Made by a program: the position numbers and the translations under genes. The notes under the pieces were generated by a model. That model was given only the letters and a program-made list of their open reading frames with translations, was not told where the DNA came from and did no database searches. Shown piece after piece: positions 47,620 to 56,159 of a DNA stretch of 64,000 bases. Source of the stretch: Eubacteriales bacterium (GTDB taxonomy: Bacteria > Bacillota > Clostridia > Oscillospirales > CAG-272). Where the stretch lies: the NCBI GenBank assembly GCA_045611685.1, contig JAZKXO010000026.1, positions 18,623 through 82,622 on the forward strand, given 5' to 3'. Each line of letters starts with the position of its first letter. Positions within the stretch are counted from its first letter, which is position 1.

Positions 47620-47936
47620 CGAGATCCCCCCCGTCTGCCGCCCGGATGGCGGATGGCGTACAGCTGACGCATCACCGAGTCGCTGTATCCGTCCAGGTAC
47701 GCCTCGGTCGCGCCCGAGACGGCGCGGGATTTTACCCCCGCACCGTCCAGTTTCCCATAGTCCTCCGCCACCATCTGTGAAAGCAGAAAATCCGGCACGC
47801 GCTCCTCGGCTCTCAATCGGCAGAAGGCGCGAACGTATGCCTCGGCATCCGCGAGAAGCGTGTGGATGAGGGCGTCATCCGTCTCATCCGTCCCGTCAAG
47901 CCCCAGCCGCATACGCATTTCCTTTACTGTAATCAT
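47616..47936 (-). CDS. phage gp6-like head-tail connector protein
   Basis: MITVKEMRMRLGLDGTDETDDALIHTLLADAEAYVRAFC matches the usual vKxhLRvd...D.li..li.aA pattern. Confidence 0.6.
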   Translation of the reverse strand: MITVKEMRMRLGLDGTDETDDALIHTLLADAEAYVRAFCRLRAEERVPDFLLSQMVAEDYGKLDGAGVKSRAVSGATEAYLDGYSDSVMRQLYAIRHPGGRRGGSR

Positions 47937-47966
47937 CGTTTTCCGTCCTTTCCCGTTTCAAAGATA

Positions 47967-47978
47967 GAACAAATGTTC
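47967..47978. promoter_or_regulatory. GAAC-N4-GTTC palindrome (Cheo/LexA-box-like), copy 1
   Basis: GAACAAATGTTC within tAGAACAAATGTTCTttttgg, between the capsid stop (47987) and the connector start (47936). Confidence 0.55.
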
Positions 47979-47986
47979 TTTTTGGA

Positions 47987-49015
47987 TCAGAGAGAGACGA
48001 CGGCGCTTTTCAGAACGAGGCCGTTCTCGTCGGCTTCTGCAACGGCGATGCGGTTTGCGTTCGCCTTCTTAATCGGGGACGTGCCGTCCCATGCCTCAAA
48101 GGAGGAAACGTCATCGCCGAGAAGCGGCGCATCCGCGTCGTAGAGGACGTAGAGGGCGTTCTCGTCGGCGCTCTTGCCGGAAACGGTAAGAGTGATCTCG
48201 CCGTCTGCGGTCTCAGCGGTAACGGTCAAGGCCGGTGCCGCCTCGCCGAGGATGACGGAGGAGGTGTCGTCCACCAGAGCGATCACGCCGTGGCGCTCGT
48301 AGACGATTGTGTTCTCCTTCTTCTCGATGTCGCGGCTCTGCTCAAGGCCTGCCTCGCGCTTGACGAAGAATTTGACAGCAGCCTTTTCGGTGATGATGAC
48401 CTTGCCCGCCGGCACGAGCTTGGAGAAGAGCACCGGAATACCGCACAGCGTACCGAACTGACCACTGTACACGATCTCGCCCTGATGCGCGGAGATGAAA
48501 TCGGGATCACGGCGGATCGCGGTGCGGCCGTCCGCACCCATAAGGATAAAGAGCCCGTCCTCGACCTCGCGGCCGATGTTGCCGAGTGCCTCGACGATAT
48601 CCGTGTAGGTGAGCGTCTCACCTGCGATCGCGTGGCGGTTCTTGATCTGCTTCAGCTGATCGAAATACTCGACGCGAAGCTGATTTGCCATCACGTCAGC
48701 GGCACCGGCAAGCGCCACGTCGATGAGGGCGGGATCCTGCATCGCTTCCACGTCGTTGTAGCGGAAGGTCTGCTGATAACGCTTTACGGTATAACTCTCC
48801 GGTGTGAAGGAGATAGAGCCTGCGGCGGAGTTTGCCTTACCGCCCTCCAGCGTCTCCACGGTACCGTTGTAGGTATAGCGGTTGATGATTTTGGTGAGAC
48901 CCGCACCCTCCGAGAGAGAGTCGTCCACCGTCATAAGGGAACGAACCTCGAGCTTGGAGTTGAGGATCTCGGTCAGCTTTGCTTCAAGTACGCTGTTTTC
49001 ATAAACTGTGTTCAT
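47987..49015 (-). CDS. phage major capsid protein
   Basis: 342 aa located after the scaffold gene. The N-terminal region MNTVYENSVLEAKLTEILNSKLEVRSLMTVD...YTYNGTVETL is capsid-like. The C-terminal ~90 aa look like an extra Ig-like or decoration domain. Confidence 0.7.
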   Translation of the reverse strand: MNTVYENSVLEAKLTEILNSKLEVRSLMTVDDSLSEGAGLTKIINRYTYNGTVETLEGGKANSAAGSISFTPESYTVKRYQQTFRYNDVEAMQDPALIDVALAGAADVMANQLRVEYFDQLKQIKNRHAIAGETLTYTDIVEALGNIGREVEDGLFILMGADGRTAIRRDPDFISAHQGEIVYSGQFGTLCGIPVLFSKLVPAGKVIITEKAAVKFFVKREAGLEQSRDIEKKENTIVYERHGVIALVDDTSSVILGEAAPALTVTAETADGEITLTVSGKSADENALYVLYDADAPLLGDDVSSFEAWDGTSPIKKANANRIAVAEADENGLVLKSAVVSL

Positions 49016-49076
49016 AGAATACTACCTTTCATAAAAGAAATATTGTTGTTTCGGAGTTTTGGGGCATTCCCCATAC

Positions 49077-49589
49077 TCACATCATCTCTGCGAGCTTTGC
49101 GATCGGCGTCTCACGGATGATCTTCCCCGTAAGTGCCGAAGCCTCACCCATACCGGGGCGGATCCCCTCCGTTTTTTCGCGGATTGCACGGGCTGCCGCG
49201 GCATCGATGGCGCCCGCCAGCATCTCCACACGGGCAGAAAGTATCTCGTCGGTCAGATCGGTGTCATAGGGGGTAAGAAGGAGCGACACCATCTCCTCCC
49301 CGAGAGAGTGCGCGCGGAGCATTTTCTCACAGCGGATCTCCGTCTCGCGGCGCGCCGCACGCTCGTCCGCCCGAGCGAGCGCTTCCCTGAGCGATTCGAT
49401 CTCCGCCGTCATCTCGACCGCCGCGGCTGCCGTCTCCCGTTCCCTTTCGGCTTCCCACGAAAGACGCGCCTCACTGAGTCGCGCCGCAAGATCGGCGGCT
49501 GTAAACACCTCCGCCGGTGCATCTTCGACTGCGGGCACGTCGATCGGATCTGCCGTCTCGCTCTCTTTTTCAAAAATCTCGTCCGTCAT
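49077..49589 (-). CDS. phage scaffolding protein
   Basis: 170 aa, acidic and predicted helical/coiled-coil, located between the portal and capsid genes. Confidence 0.55.
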   Translation of the reverse strand: MTDEIFEKESETADPIDVPAVEDAPAEVFTAADLAARLSEARLSWEAERERETAAAAVEMTAEIESLREALARADERAARRETEIRCEKMLRAHSLGEEMVSLLLTPYDTDLTDEILSARVEMLAGAIDAAAARAIREKTEGIRPGMGEASALTGKIIRETPIAKLAEMM

Positions 49590-50833
49590 TCTTTATCCTC
49601 CGATAGAGATTCCTCGTCCCTTATGCGCTGCATTTCCTCGTCTGCATTCTCCACAAACGGCAGATGCTCAACGACGGTGCGGCGGGAGAGGATTCCCTGA
49701 AGCTTCGTCGCCATATCGGCGGCTTCCTCCGGCATGCCGGGCAAGTTTCGGGTGAAGATCATGCGGATAGAATCCGCGTCGTACCCGCCGCCGGAAAGAT
49801 TGAGAAGCCGAGCGACAAGACGCCATCGCTTTATAAGGCCGCGGCGGAAGTACTGCTCCGTTACCGCCACGCGGTTTTCGAAATTGAGCATACGCCAGCG
49901 GATCGCCACGCCCGAGAGCGTGTTGCCCGTGAGCGTTTCCTCCGCCATATCGACCGTGCCGGAGAAGCGGTAGATGTCCTTGGCGATTCTCGCCTTCAAA
50001 TTTTCGATGTAGGCGTCGTTCACCGTTTTCGTCAGCCATTTTGCGTCCCCGCCCTCATCGAGCAGGATCACGCGGTCGCGGCGAATGCGGGCAAGGTCCT
50101 CCTCATCCGTACCGCCCATACCGGAAATGGCAAGATAACTGTCCGCAAACAGTTCGAAATCGTTGACAGACGCGCTCTCCAGACGGTTGTACGCATCAAT
50201 GAGCGAGATGACCGGCTCAAAATCGCCGAGCCTGTCGCGGTTGTTCTCGTAAAAGATCACGGGAACCTCCCCGAAGAGATGCTCCGTGCGGCTCTCCAAG
50301 CGGAGAGTCTGCCCGTCGTAGCGGTAGACGGTCATCGCCGCCTCATCGTACACCTCGACGGTGATATCCTCGGCATCGCGGCGGCGATAGTAGCGTATCG
50401 CGCCGAGAAGACGGGGCTCAACCGCGTCGTCGTACACGGGGATAACGGTATCGGCATCGATCGGCGTGAATCGGGGCTTCGTTACGTCGTCGTACCAGAC
50501 GAGCTCACAAGCCCTGCCCGAGACGGACAGATCCCGCGCGAGCGCGTTGTTCGCAAAGCGCTCGTGATTCGCCGCTCCCACGTTTTTCAGCATCGCGAGC
50601 GTCTTTTCATCAGCAGTGTACGAAACACCGCGTCCCATGAAATAGCCGACCGTGCAGTCGGTGATGTTGCGGCAGAAATTGTTGACGAGGCGGTTGTCCG
50701 GCAAATCCGGATCTCTCGCCGCCTTCAAAATATCGTGGCGCCCGAGATAATACGCCTTGAGCTTCATAAGGCGCGGCGCCTCACCCGCCATAAATTCCGT
50801 GAGGCGGGCGAGAATGGTTTTTTCGTTCAGCAT
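49586..50833 (-). CDS. phage portal protein (SPP1 gp6-like)
   Basis: About 415 aa from ATG 50833 (MLNEKTILARLTEFMAGEAPRLMKLKAYYLGRHDIL...), a typical SPP1-type portal N-terminus, located downstream of TerL. Confidence 0.75.
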   Translation of the reverse strand: MLNEKTILARLTEFMAGEAPRLMKLKAYYLGRHDILKAARDPDLPDNRLVNNFCRNITDCTVGYFMGRGVSYTADEKTLAMLKNVGAANHERFANNALARDLSVSGRACELVWYDDVTKPRFTPIDADTVIPVYDDAVEPRLLGAIRYYRRRDAEDITVEVYDEAAMTVYRYDGQTLRLESRTEHLFGEVPVIFYENNRDRLGDFEPVISLIDAYNRLESASVNDFELFADSYLAISGMGGTDEEDLARIRRDRVILLDEGGDAKWLTKTVNDAYIENLKARIAKDIYRFSGTVDMAEETLTGNTLSGVAIRWRMLNFENRVAVTEQYFRRGLIKRWRLVARLLNLSGGGYDADSIRMIFTRNLPGMPEEAADMATKLQGILSRRTVVEHLPFVENADEEMQRIRDEESLSEDKE

Positions 50834-50861
50834 AAGATTCCTTTCTGTAATACCTTTTGGA

Positions 50862-52145
50862 TCAAATCCCCAGCATCCTTTTGGAGATCGTCCGTTTTTG
50901 CCCGCGCGGATGACGGAGCGGCTCCGTTGCATAGCGGAGTGCCGCCATCGCGTCGTCGCGGCCGGGCGCGGGGACGTCGAGCACCTCGCCGCTCTCCCCG
51001 TCCACCTGCCAGCGCCACTCCCGTATCTCCGAGATCACGTTTTCTGCCGACGCGTCGATGACGATCTCCCTCTGCTTCAGATACTCGATCTGTCCGAGAA
51101 TACTTCCCGGCTCCTTTTTCACGCCCTCGGCGCGAAATCCCGCCTTTCGCCACATCCGTATCCGATCCGGCTCGGCGCTGTCACAGTACATCGGCAAATT
51201 TTGGGGGAAGCCCGCCTCCTTTGCCATCTCAATGATCTCCGCCGTGTCTCTTTCACGCACGTACAGCTCACGGAGAATGTAGAAAACCCCGTCCCGCATC
51301 CCGACAAGGAGAAGACAGTTGGCGTGATTGTAGCCGAAATCCTGCGCCAGCCAGGCGCTGTCGTAAAATCCGACGTCCTTTTCTACGTTTGCCACTCGCC
51401 ACCTTGTCAAAATCAAGCCCTCGCGGGCCGATCCCCACTCGCCGAGCGCGTACACGGCGTACCCCACCGGATCTTCTCGCTCTCTCCGCTCCATGCGCTT
51501 TTTGAAATCCGCGTCCGAGAACGCGTTGCTTTTATACGTCGAGTGATGAATAAATACGTCCTCACTCGGCGGTGCGTCAAAAAACCGTTTTTTCAGAAAA
51601 TGGTTTGCCGAGACCGGATTGAACGTCATCGTGATCTGGTAATACAAAAAGGGGTTCACCGCCCCAAGATCCCCACGGAGACGGTCGTCGAGAATGTCGA
51701 GGTCCGAGGAGGTAAGCTCCGTTGCCTCCTCGCACCAGATCCATGTCAGTTTCCCGGATTGGAACGCCACGCTCTTTACTCTCTCGCGCTGGCTGTCTTC
51801 CTTCATTCCGCGAAACATGATCCGACTGCCCGTCACGAGGGAGGTCAGGGAAAGCGGCTCCTTCGTTATCGCCCAGAACTCGTCCGCCCGATCGCCGAAG
51901 ATACGCCTGACCGCGCCGGAGAGTTCCTCAAACACCGAGAAGCGGCAGGCGTTCTCCGTCTTGCGGATCACAAGCAGATTCGCCCCGAAATACCGCATAT
52001 CCGACAGTTTCATTATAAAATCCTGTGCCACATTGAAGCTTTTCCCCGATCCCGCACCGCCGTAGAGAATGCGGTAACGCGCACGGGTTCGGTTTGCCTC
52101 ACGGAAGGACTCGTTGAAAGGAACGATTCGTTCACACGTATTCAC
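50862..52145 (-). CDS. phage terminase large subunit (PBSX-type)
   Basis: Walker A RYRILYGGAGSGKSFNVAQDF, Walker B/coupling region WIWCEEATE, and a C-terminal nuclease half. A probable GTG start at 52145 overlaps the TerS stop. Confidence 0.85.
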   Translation of the reverse strand: MNTCERIVPFNESFREANRTRARYRILYGGAGSGKSFNVAQDFIMKLSDMRYFGANLLVIRKTENACRFSVFEELSGAVRRIFGDRADEFWAITKEPLSLTSLVTGSRIMFRGMKEDSQRERVKSVAFQSGKLTWIWCEEATELTSSDLDILDDRLRGDLGAVNPFLYYQITMTFNPVSANHFLKKRFFDAPPSEDVFIHHSTYKSNAFSDADFKKRMERREREDPVGYAVYALGEWGSAREGLILTRWRVANVEKDVGFYDSAWLAQDFGYNHANCLLLVGMRDGVFYILRELYVRERDTAEIIEMAKEAGFPQNLPMYCDSAEPDRIRMWRKAGFRAEGVKKEPGSILGQIEYLKQREIVIDASAENVISEIREWRWQVDGESGEVLDVPAPGRDDAMAALRYATEPLRHPRGQKRTISKRMLGI

Positions 52146-52464
52146 AGCGAATGATGAGCGACGGCGCACCGCCGTCCGCACGGCCGGCGGACGCCATAAG
52201 GCGGAGATTTTCAAGCGCACGGATCCGTTCTCCGGGCTTTATCTCGCCCGTCTCGTCGAACGCCATCCGCTCGTACTCCCGACGGATCGAGGCGAGCACC
52301 GCCTCGCTGAGGCGTGCAGAAACAAGCCGATCAACCTCGTCCCTCGCATCTTTAAGAAGCGCGTACGCCTCGCCGCGCGTAATCCCTGCCGATACCGCCG
52401 CCCCCGGAAGATTGTAATCGCGAGCAAATCTCTCGAGAAACCGCCGCCTTTTCTCGTTTGTCAT
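52132..52464 (-). CDS. phage terminase small subunit (HTH-like N-terminus)
   Basis: 110 aa from ATG 52464 (MTNEKRRRFLERFARDYNLPGAAVSAGITRGEAYALL...), with RBS AAAGGAGAG, immediately upstream of TerL. Confidence 0.55.
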   Translation of the reverse strand: MTNEKRRRFLERFARDYNLPGAAVSAGITRGEAYALLKDARDEVDRLVSARLSEAVLASIRREYERMAFDETGEIKPGERIRALENLRLMASAGRADGGAPSLIIRCEYV

Positions 52465-52496
52465 AAACGCATCTCTCCTTTTCAACGCACCCAAAA

Positions 52497-52508
52497 GAAC
52501 ATTTGTTC
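52497..52508. promoter_or_regulatory. GAAC-N4-GTTC palindrome (Cheo/LexA-box-like), copy 2, in the TerS leader
   Basis: GAACATTTGTTC within aaaAGAACATTTGTTCTttttgg. The 8-bp arms AAAAGAAC/GTTCTTTT are perfect. It lies 33 nt upstream of the TerS ATG. Confidence 0.55.
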
Positions 52509-52562
52509 TTTTTGGCGTAAAATGATAACCGCCACACGGCGGTATCACGAAACTGTATGCGT

Positions 52563-52591
52563 ATTATATCACTGTTCACGCAAGTTGTCAA
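52563..52591 (-). promoter_or_regulatory. perfect consensus sigma-A promoter of the phage-like operon
   Basis: On the minus strand: TTGACA (52591-52586), a 17-nt spacer, then TATAAT (52568-52563). The leader contains the hairpin GATACCGCC-GTG-TGGCGGTTATC (52546-52524). Confidence 0.75.
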
Positions 52592-52704
52592 TGGCAGAAA
52601 GCGGAAATATTGCACAAATAGTCTCCGCTGATTTTGTGCGAATTGCACAACAATAAAAGCGAACCCACACTCGCCCGCCCCCGCATAGCCAAAATTCGCC
52701 GCTT

Positions 52705-52735
52705 CACAAACAAAAAACGGGGGCAATTATTCCCC
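52705..52735 (-). terminator. dusB intrinsic terminator
   Basis: On the minus strand, ACGGGGGAATAATTGCCCCCGT is followed by TTTTTTG. The hairpin includes the dusB stop codon. Confidence 0.8.
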
Positions 52736-53716
52736 CGTTAATATTTCTCTTATTTCGTCAAGCGACGAGGCGTGGTGGAGTCGGTCGCGCATTTCGGCGG
52801 CACCGCGCATTCCTTTCAGAAAATGCCCGATCCGGCCGCGGCATTCGCGTGCGGCGGCGTCGCCGCCCTCTGCCTCGACGACCGCCTCGGCGAGGGCGAG
52901 TGCAGTCCTTCGCCGATCCTCTTCGGTGGGCGGGGTGAACGCTTGTCCGCTCTCGCGGGCTTTGATCTCGGCGAAAATCCACGGATCACCGAGCGCTGCC
53001 CGTCCGATCGCCACGCCGTCGCATCCGGTCTCGTTTCGCATACGGAAATAATCCTCCGCCGAGGAAACGTCGCCGTTGCCGATCACCGGTATCTCGGGCG
53101 GCAAGGCGTCGCGCACGGCTTTGATCACCGACCAGTCCGCGAAAGGTGCGTACATTTGCGCTCTCGTACGGCCGTGGACGGTTACGGCGGATGCGCCGTT
53201 TAGGACGGCGATCCTTGCGATCTCGACGGCATTTTTCGAGGATTCGTCCCATCCGGCGCGGATTTTCACCGTTACGGGCACGCCGAATCTCTCCGCACCC
53301 GAAACGGCGGCGCGGACGATCTCCCCGGCGAGGGCGGGGGTACGCATGAGAGAGGAGCCATCCCCTGCGGATACGATCTTTTTGACAGGGCATCCCATGT
53401 TGATGTCGATCGCAAACGGTTTTTCCTCGGTGCACGCGCCCTCGTATTCGCCCGAGGCGATCATGTGGGCGGCACGCCGCATCTCGTCGGGATCGTGCCC
53501 GAACAGCTGGACAGCCGTGGGGATGTCGCCTTTCGGCAGGCGTGCAAGCCGCGCCGTTTTGCGGTCTCGGTAACAGAGTGCGGCGGCGGAGATCATCTCG
53601 GTGACGGTCATCTCACAGCCGAACGTGCGGCAGAGGAGCCGCATGGACGCGTCGGTGAATCCTGCCATAGGGGCAAGGACGGTGCCGAGAGTAAACGAGG
53701 TATTTCCGATTCGCAT
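52727..53716 (-). CDS. dusB: tRNA-dihydrouridine synthase
   Basis: MRIGNTSFTLGTVLAPMAGFTD...IDINMGCPVKKIV...VTVKIR...HGRT. RBS AAGGAGGA lies before the ATG at 53716. Confidence 0.92.
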   Translation of the reverse strand: MRIGNTSFTLGTVLAPMAGFTDASMRLLCRTFGCEMTVTEMISAAALCYRDRKTARLARLPKGDIPTAVQLFGHDPDEMRRAAHMIASGEYEGACTEEKPFAIDINMGCPVKKIVSAGDGSSLMRTPALAGEIVRAAVSGAERFGVPVTVKIRAGWDESSKNAVEIARIAVLNGASAVTVHGRTRAQMYAPFADWSVIKAVRDALPPEIPVIGNGDVSSAEDYFRMRNETGCDGVAIGRAALGDPWIFAEIKARESGQAFTPPTEEDRRRTALALAEAVVEAEGGDAAARECRGRIGHFLKGMRGAAEMRDRLHHASSLDEIREILTGE

Positions 53717-53772
53717 ACGTCCTCCTTGAAATGTCAAAGTGTTGTGGGTGTGAGCGTGGGGGGCGGAGTCTC

Positions 53773-55176
53773 TCAAATCGTCTGAATTCTGAGTGCCGTG
53801 GCACCTCTGCCGCCTGCTGTAATGACTACGCTGTCGCCCGGGTGGACGAAGCCTGCCAGCTTTGCGCACGCGGCGGCGTGCTCATACATGCTGTCCTCGT
53901 CGTTTTGGTACAAGGCGACGACGGGGTAGACGCCCCAGGACATCGCCAGCTGATGATACGTTTTCACGTCCGGTGTGGCGGCAACGATCGGCTGGGCGGG
54001 ACGGAATTTGGAGACGCTCTTCGCCGTGTCTCCCGTTTTCGTCATCGTAATGATAGCCGCGGCGCCGATATCGCGGGCGACGGTGCACGAAGCGTCGCAG
54101 ATGGCGTTTTTCGTATCCGTTCCGTCGTTCTCATAGAGCGCGGTGCTGCCCGTTCTCAGTGCAAAGGAGTCCGCTTCCGCCTGCTCGGCGATCTTTGCCA
54201 TAACCTCTACGACGAGCGGCGGATTTTTGCCGATCGCCGTCTCGCCGGACAGCATGATCGCGGACGTGCCGTCGAATACGGCGTTTGCGACGTCGGTGAT
54301 CTCCGCACGGGTAGGCGTGCTCTCCGTGATCATGGACTCGAGCATCTGCGTGGCGGTAATGACCATTTTGCCCGATCGGTAACAGCGGCGGATGAATTTT
54401 TTCTGGAGACCGGGCAGTTTTTCAAAAGCGATCTCCACACCCATATCGCCGCGGGCGATCATGATGCCGTCGGCGCTTTTGAGGATCTCGTCGAAGTTTT
54501 CGACGCCCTCCTCGTTCTCGATCTTGGCGATGACCTTGATGCGGTGCCCGCCGTAGTAGTCGAGATAGTTGCGCACGGTAATGACGTCCTCCTTTCGGCG
54601 GACGAAGGATGCCGCGATGAAATCGACGTCGTGCTCTACCGCGAAGCGGAGATCCGCCTCGTCCTTCGACGAGAGATACGGCATATCGAGGTGGACGTGC
54701 GGGACGTTGACGCCTTTTCTGTCGGAGATCTCCCCGCCCGTATGGACGCGGCAGAGGACGTCCGTGTCCGTCGTGTCCTCTACGGTGAGGGAGAGCCGTC
54801 CGTCGTCCAGAAGAACGGTATTTCCCTTCGTGAGTTTCTTCGGCAGATCCTTGTAGGTTACGCTCACCGCCGTATGATCGCCCTCGATCTCGCGGGTGGT
54901 GAGGGTAAAATGCTGTCCGCTTGTCAAAGCGGCTTTTTTATTCTTGAATCGGCAAAGGCGGATCTCGGGCCCTTTCGTGTCCAGCAGGATCGAAGCGGGG
55001 CACCGAAGGGCATCTCTGACGCGCCGGAACGTTTCGATCGCTCGCTCGTGCACGTCGTACGAGCCGTGGGAGAAATTGAGTCTGGCGACGTTCATGCCGG
55101 CTTTCAGCATATCCGCCATCACGCGCTCGTCGTAGGAGGCAGGGCCGAGTGTACAGACGATTTTTGTTTTTCTCAT
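53773..55176 (-). CDS. pyk: pyruvate kinase
   Basis: MRKTKIVCTLGPAS...NFSHG...IAKIENEEGVENFDEI...MIARGDMGVEI...TQMLESM. Confidence 0.97.
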   Translation of the reverse strand: MRKTKIVCTLGPASYDERVMADMLKAGMNVARLNFSHGSYDVHERAIETFRRVRDALRCPASILLDTKGPEIRLCRFKNKKAALTSGQHFTLTTREIEGDHTAVSVTYKDLPKKLTKGNTVLLDDGRLSLTVEDTTDTDVLCRVHTGGEISDRKGVNVPHVHLDMPYLSSKDEADLRFAVEHDVDFIAASFVRRKEDVITVRNYLDYYGGHRIKVIAKIENEEGVENFDEILKSADGIMIARGDMGVEIAFEKLPGLQKKFIRRCYRSGKMVITATQMLESMITESTPTRAEITDVANAVFDGTSAIMLSGETAIGKNPPLVVEVMAKIAEQAEADSFALRTGSTALYENDGTDTKNAICDASCTVARDIGAAAIITMTKTGDTAKSVSKFRPAQPIVAATPDVKTYHQLAMSWGVYPVVALYQNDEDSMYEHAAACAKLAGFVHPGDSVVITAGGRGATALRIQTI

Positions 55177-55340
55177 TGGGTATTTCCTTTGCCGTAGTTT
55201 ATTATAGCACAATCAACAGGGCGGTGCAAGGCTATGGGATTAGTGTGCGGAGGTTTCAGGGAAAAAATACAGAAAAGAAGTTCAGAACAAACGCCTCGCC
55301 CCGAAATAAAAGGAGGCGCTCCTCGGAGCACCTCCCTATT

Positions 55341-56150
55341 TTATTCTGCTTTCTCCCCACGGAGAAACGCCTTGCATTTCTCGCTCTTCGGATTCCCGAA
55401 TACCTCCTCGGGCGTTCCCGCCTCTTCAATGACACCGTCCGCCATGAAGATCACCCTGTCGGCTATCGCCTGGGCAAACTCCATCTCGTGCGTGACGACG
55501 ATCATCGTGTGCGCGGAATCCTCCGTCTTGAGCGAGCGGATCACACGGAGCACCTCGCCCGTGAGCGCGGGATCGAGCGCACTCGTCGGCTCGTCAAAGC
55601 AAAGGATCTCGGGACTCATCGCAAGCGCACGGGCGATCGCCACGCGCTGCTGCTGTCCGCCGGACAACTGGCAAGGGTAATTCGAAACCTTATCGGCGAG
55701 TCCCACGCGAGAAAGAAGCGCCGCCGCGCGCTCGCGGCACTGCTCCTTCGCATCGGCGAAAGCCGCGCGCCGTGCCCGTCCTCTCTCTACCTCGCCGCGG
55801 ATTCTTTCCTTTTCGCGAAGATAGAGGGGGATGTACACATTCTGGAGCGCCGTGTACTGCGGAAACAGATTGAACGACTGGAACACAAGGCCCATCTTCA
55901 GGCGCATCTGTCGGATCTCGGCGTTCGAGTACTCCTTCGATGCGTCAAACGAGAAGCCGTTTTCCATCTCGATCGTGCCCTCGTTCGCCATCTCGAGGAA
56001 GTTCAGACAGCGGAGAAACGTCGTCTTTCCGCCGCCGGACGCGCCGATGACGGCGACGACCTCGCCCTTTTCCATCGAAAAATCAATCCCGTGGAGCACG
56101 GACGTGTTCCCGAACCGTTTTGTAAGGCCGCGTATTTCTAAAAATGCCAT
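55341..56150 (-). CDS. amino acid ABC transporter ATP-binding protein
   Basis: Walker A GASGGGKTT, signature LSGGQQQRVAIARAL, Walker B ILCFDEPTSALD. An insertion of roughly 25 aa rich in Arg/Glu lies between the Q-loop and the signature motif. Confidence 0.92.
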   Translation of the reverse strand: MAFLEIRGLTKRFGNTSVLHGIDFSMEKGEVVAVIGASGGGKTTFLRCLNFLEMANEGTIEMENGFSFDASKEYSNAEIRQMRLKMGLVFQSFNLFPQYTALQNVYIPLYLREKERIRGEVERGRARRAAFADAKEQCRERAAALLSRVGLADKVSNYPCQLSGGQQQRVAIARALAMSPEILCFDEPTSALDPALTGEVLRVIRSLKTEDSAHTMIVVTHEMEFAQAIADRVIFMADGVIEEAGTPEEVFGNPKSEKCKAFLRGEKAE

Positions 56151-56159
56151 ACTGCCACC

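Larger units (their letters stand above)
42447..52591 (-). mobile_element. phage-like head-tail-lysis gene cluster (defective prophage, or a GTA/tailocin-like domesticated module)
   Basis: 14 co-oriented, mostly overlapping ORFs run TerS, TerL, portal, scaffold, capsid, connectors, tail and lysis. There is no integrase, repressor/antirepressor pair or replication gene, and no ORF longer than 427 aa. Confidence 0.8.
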
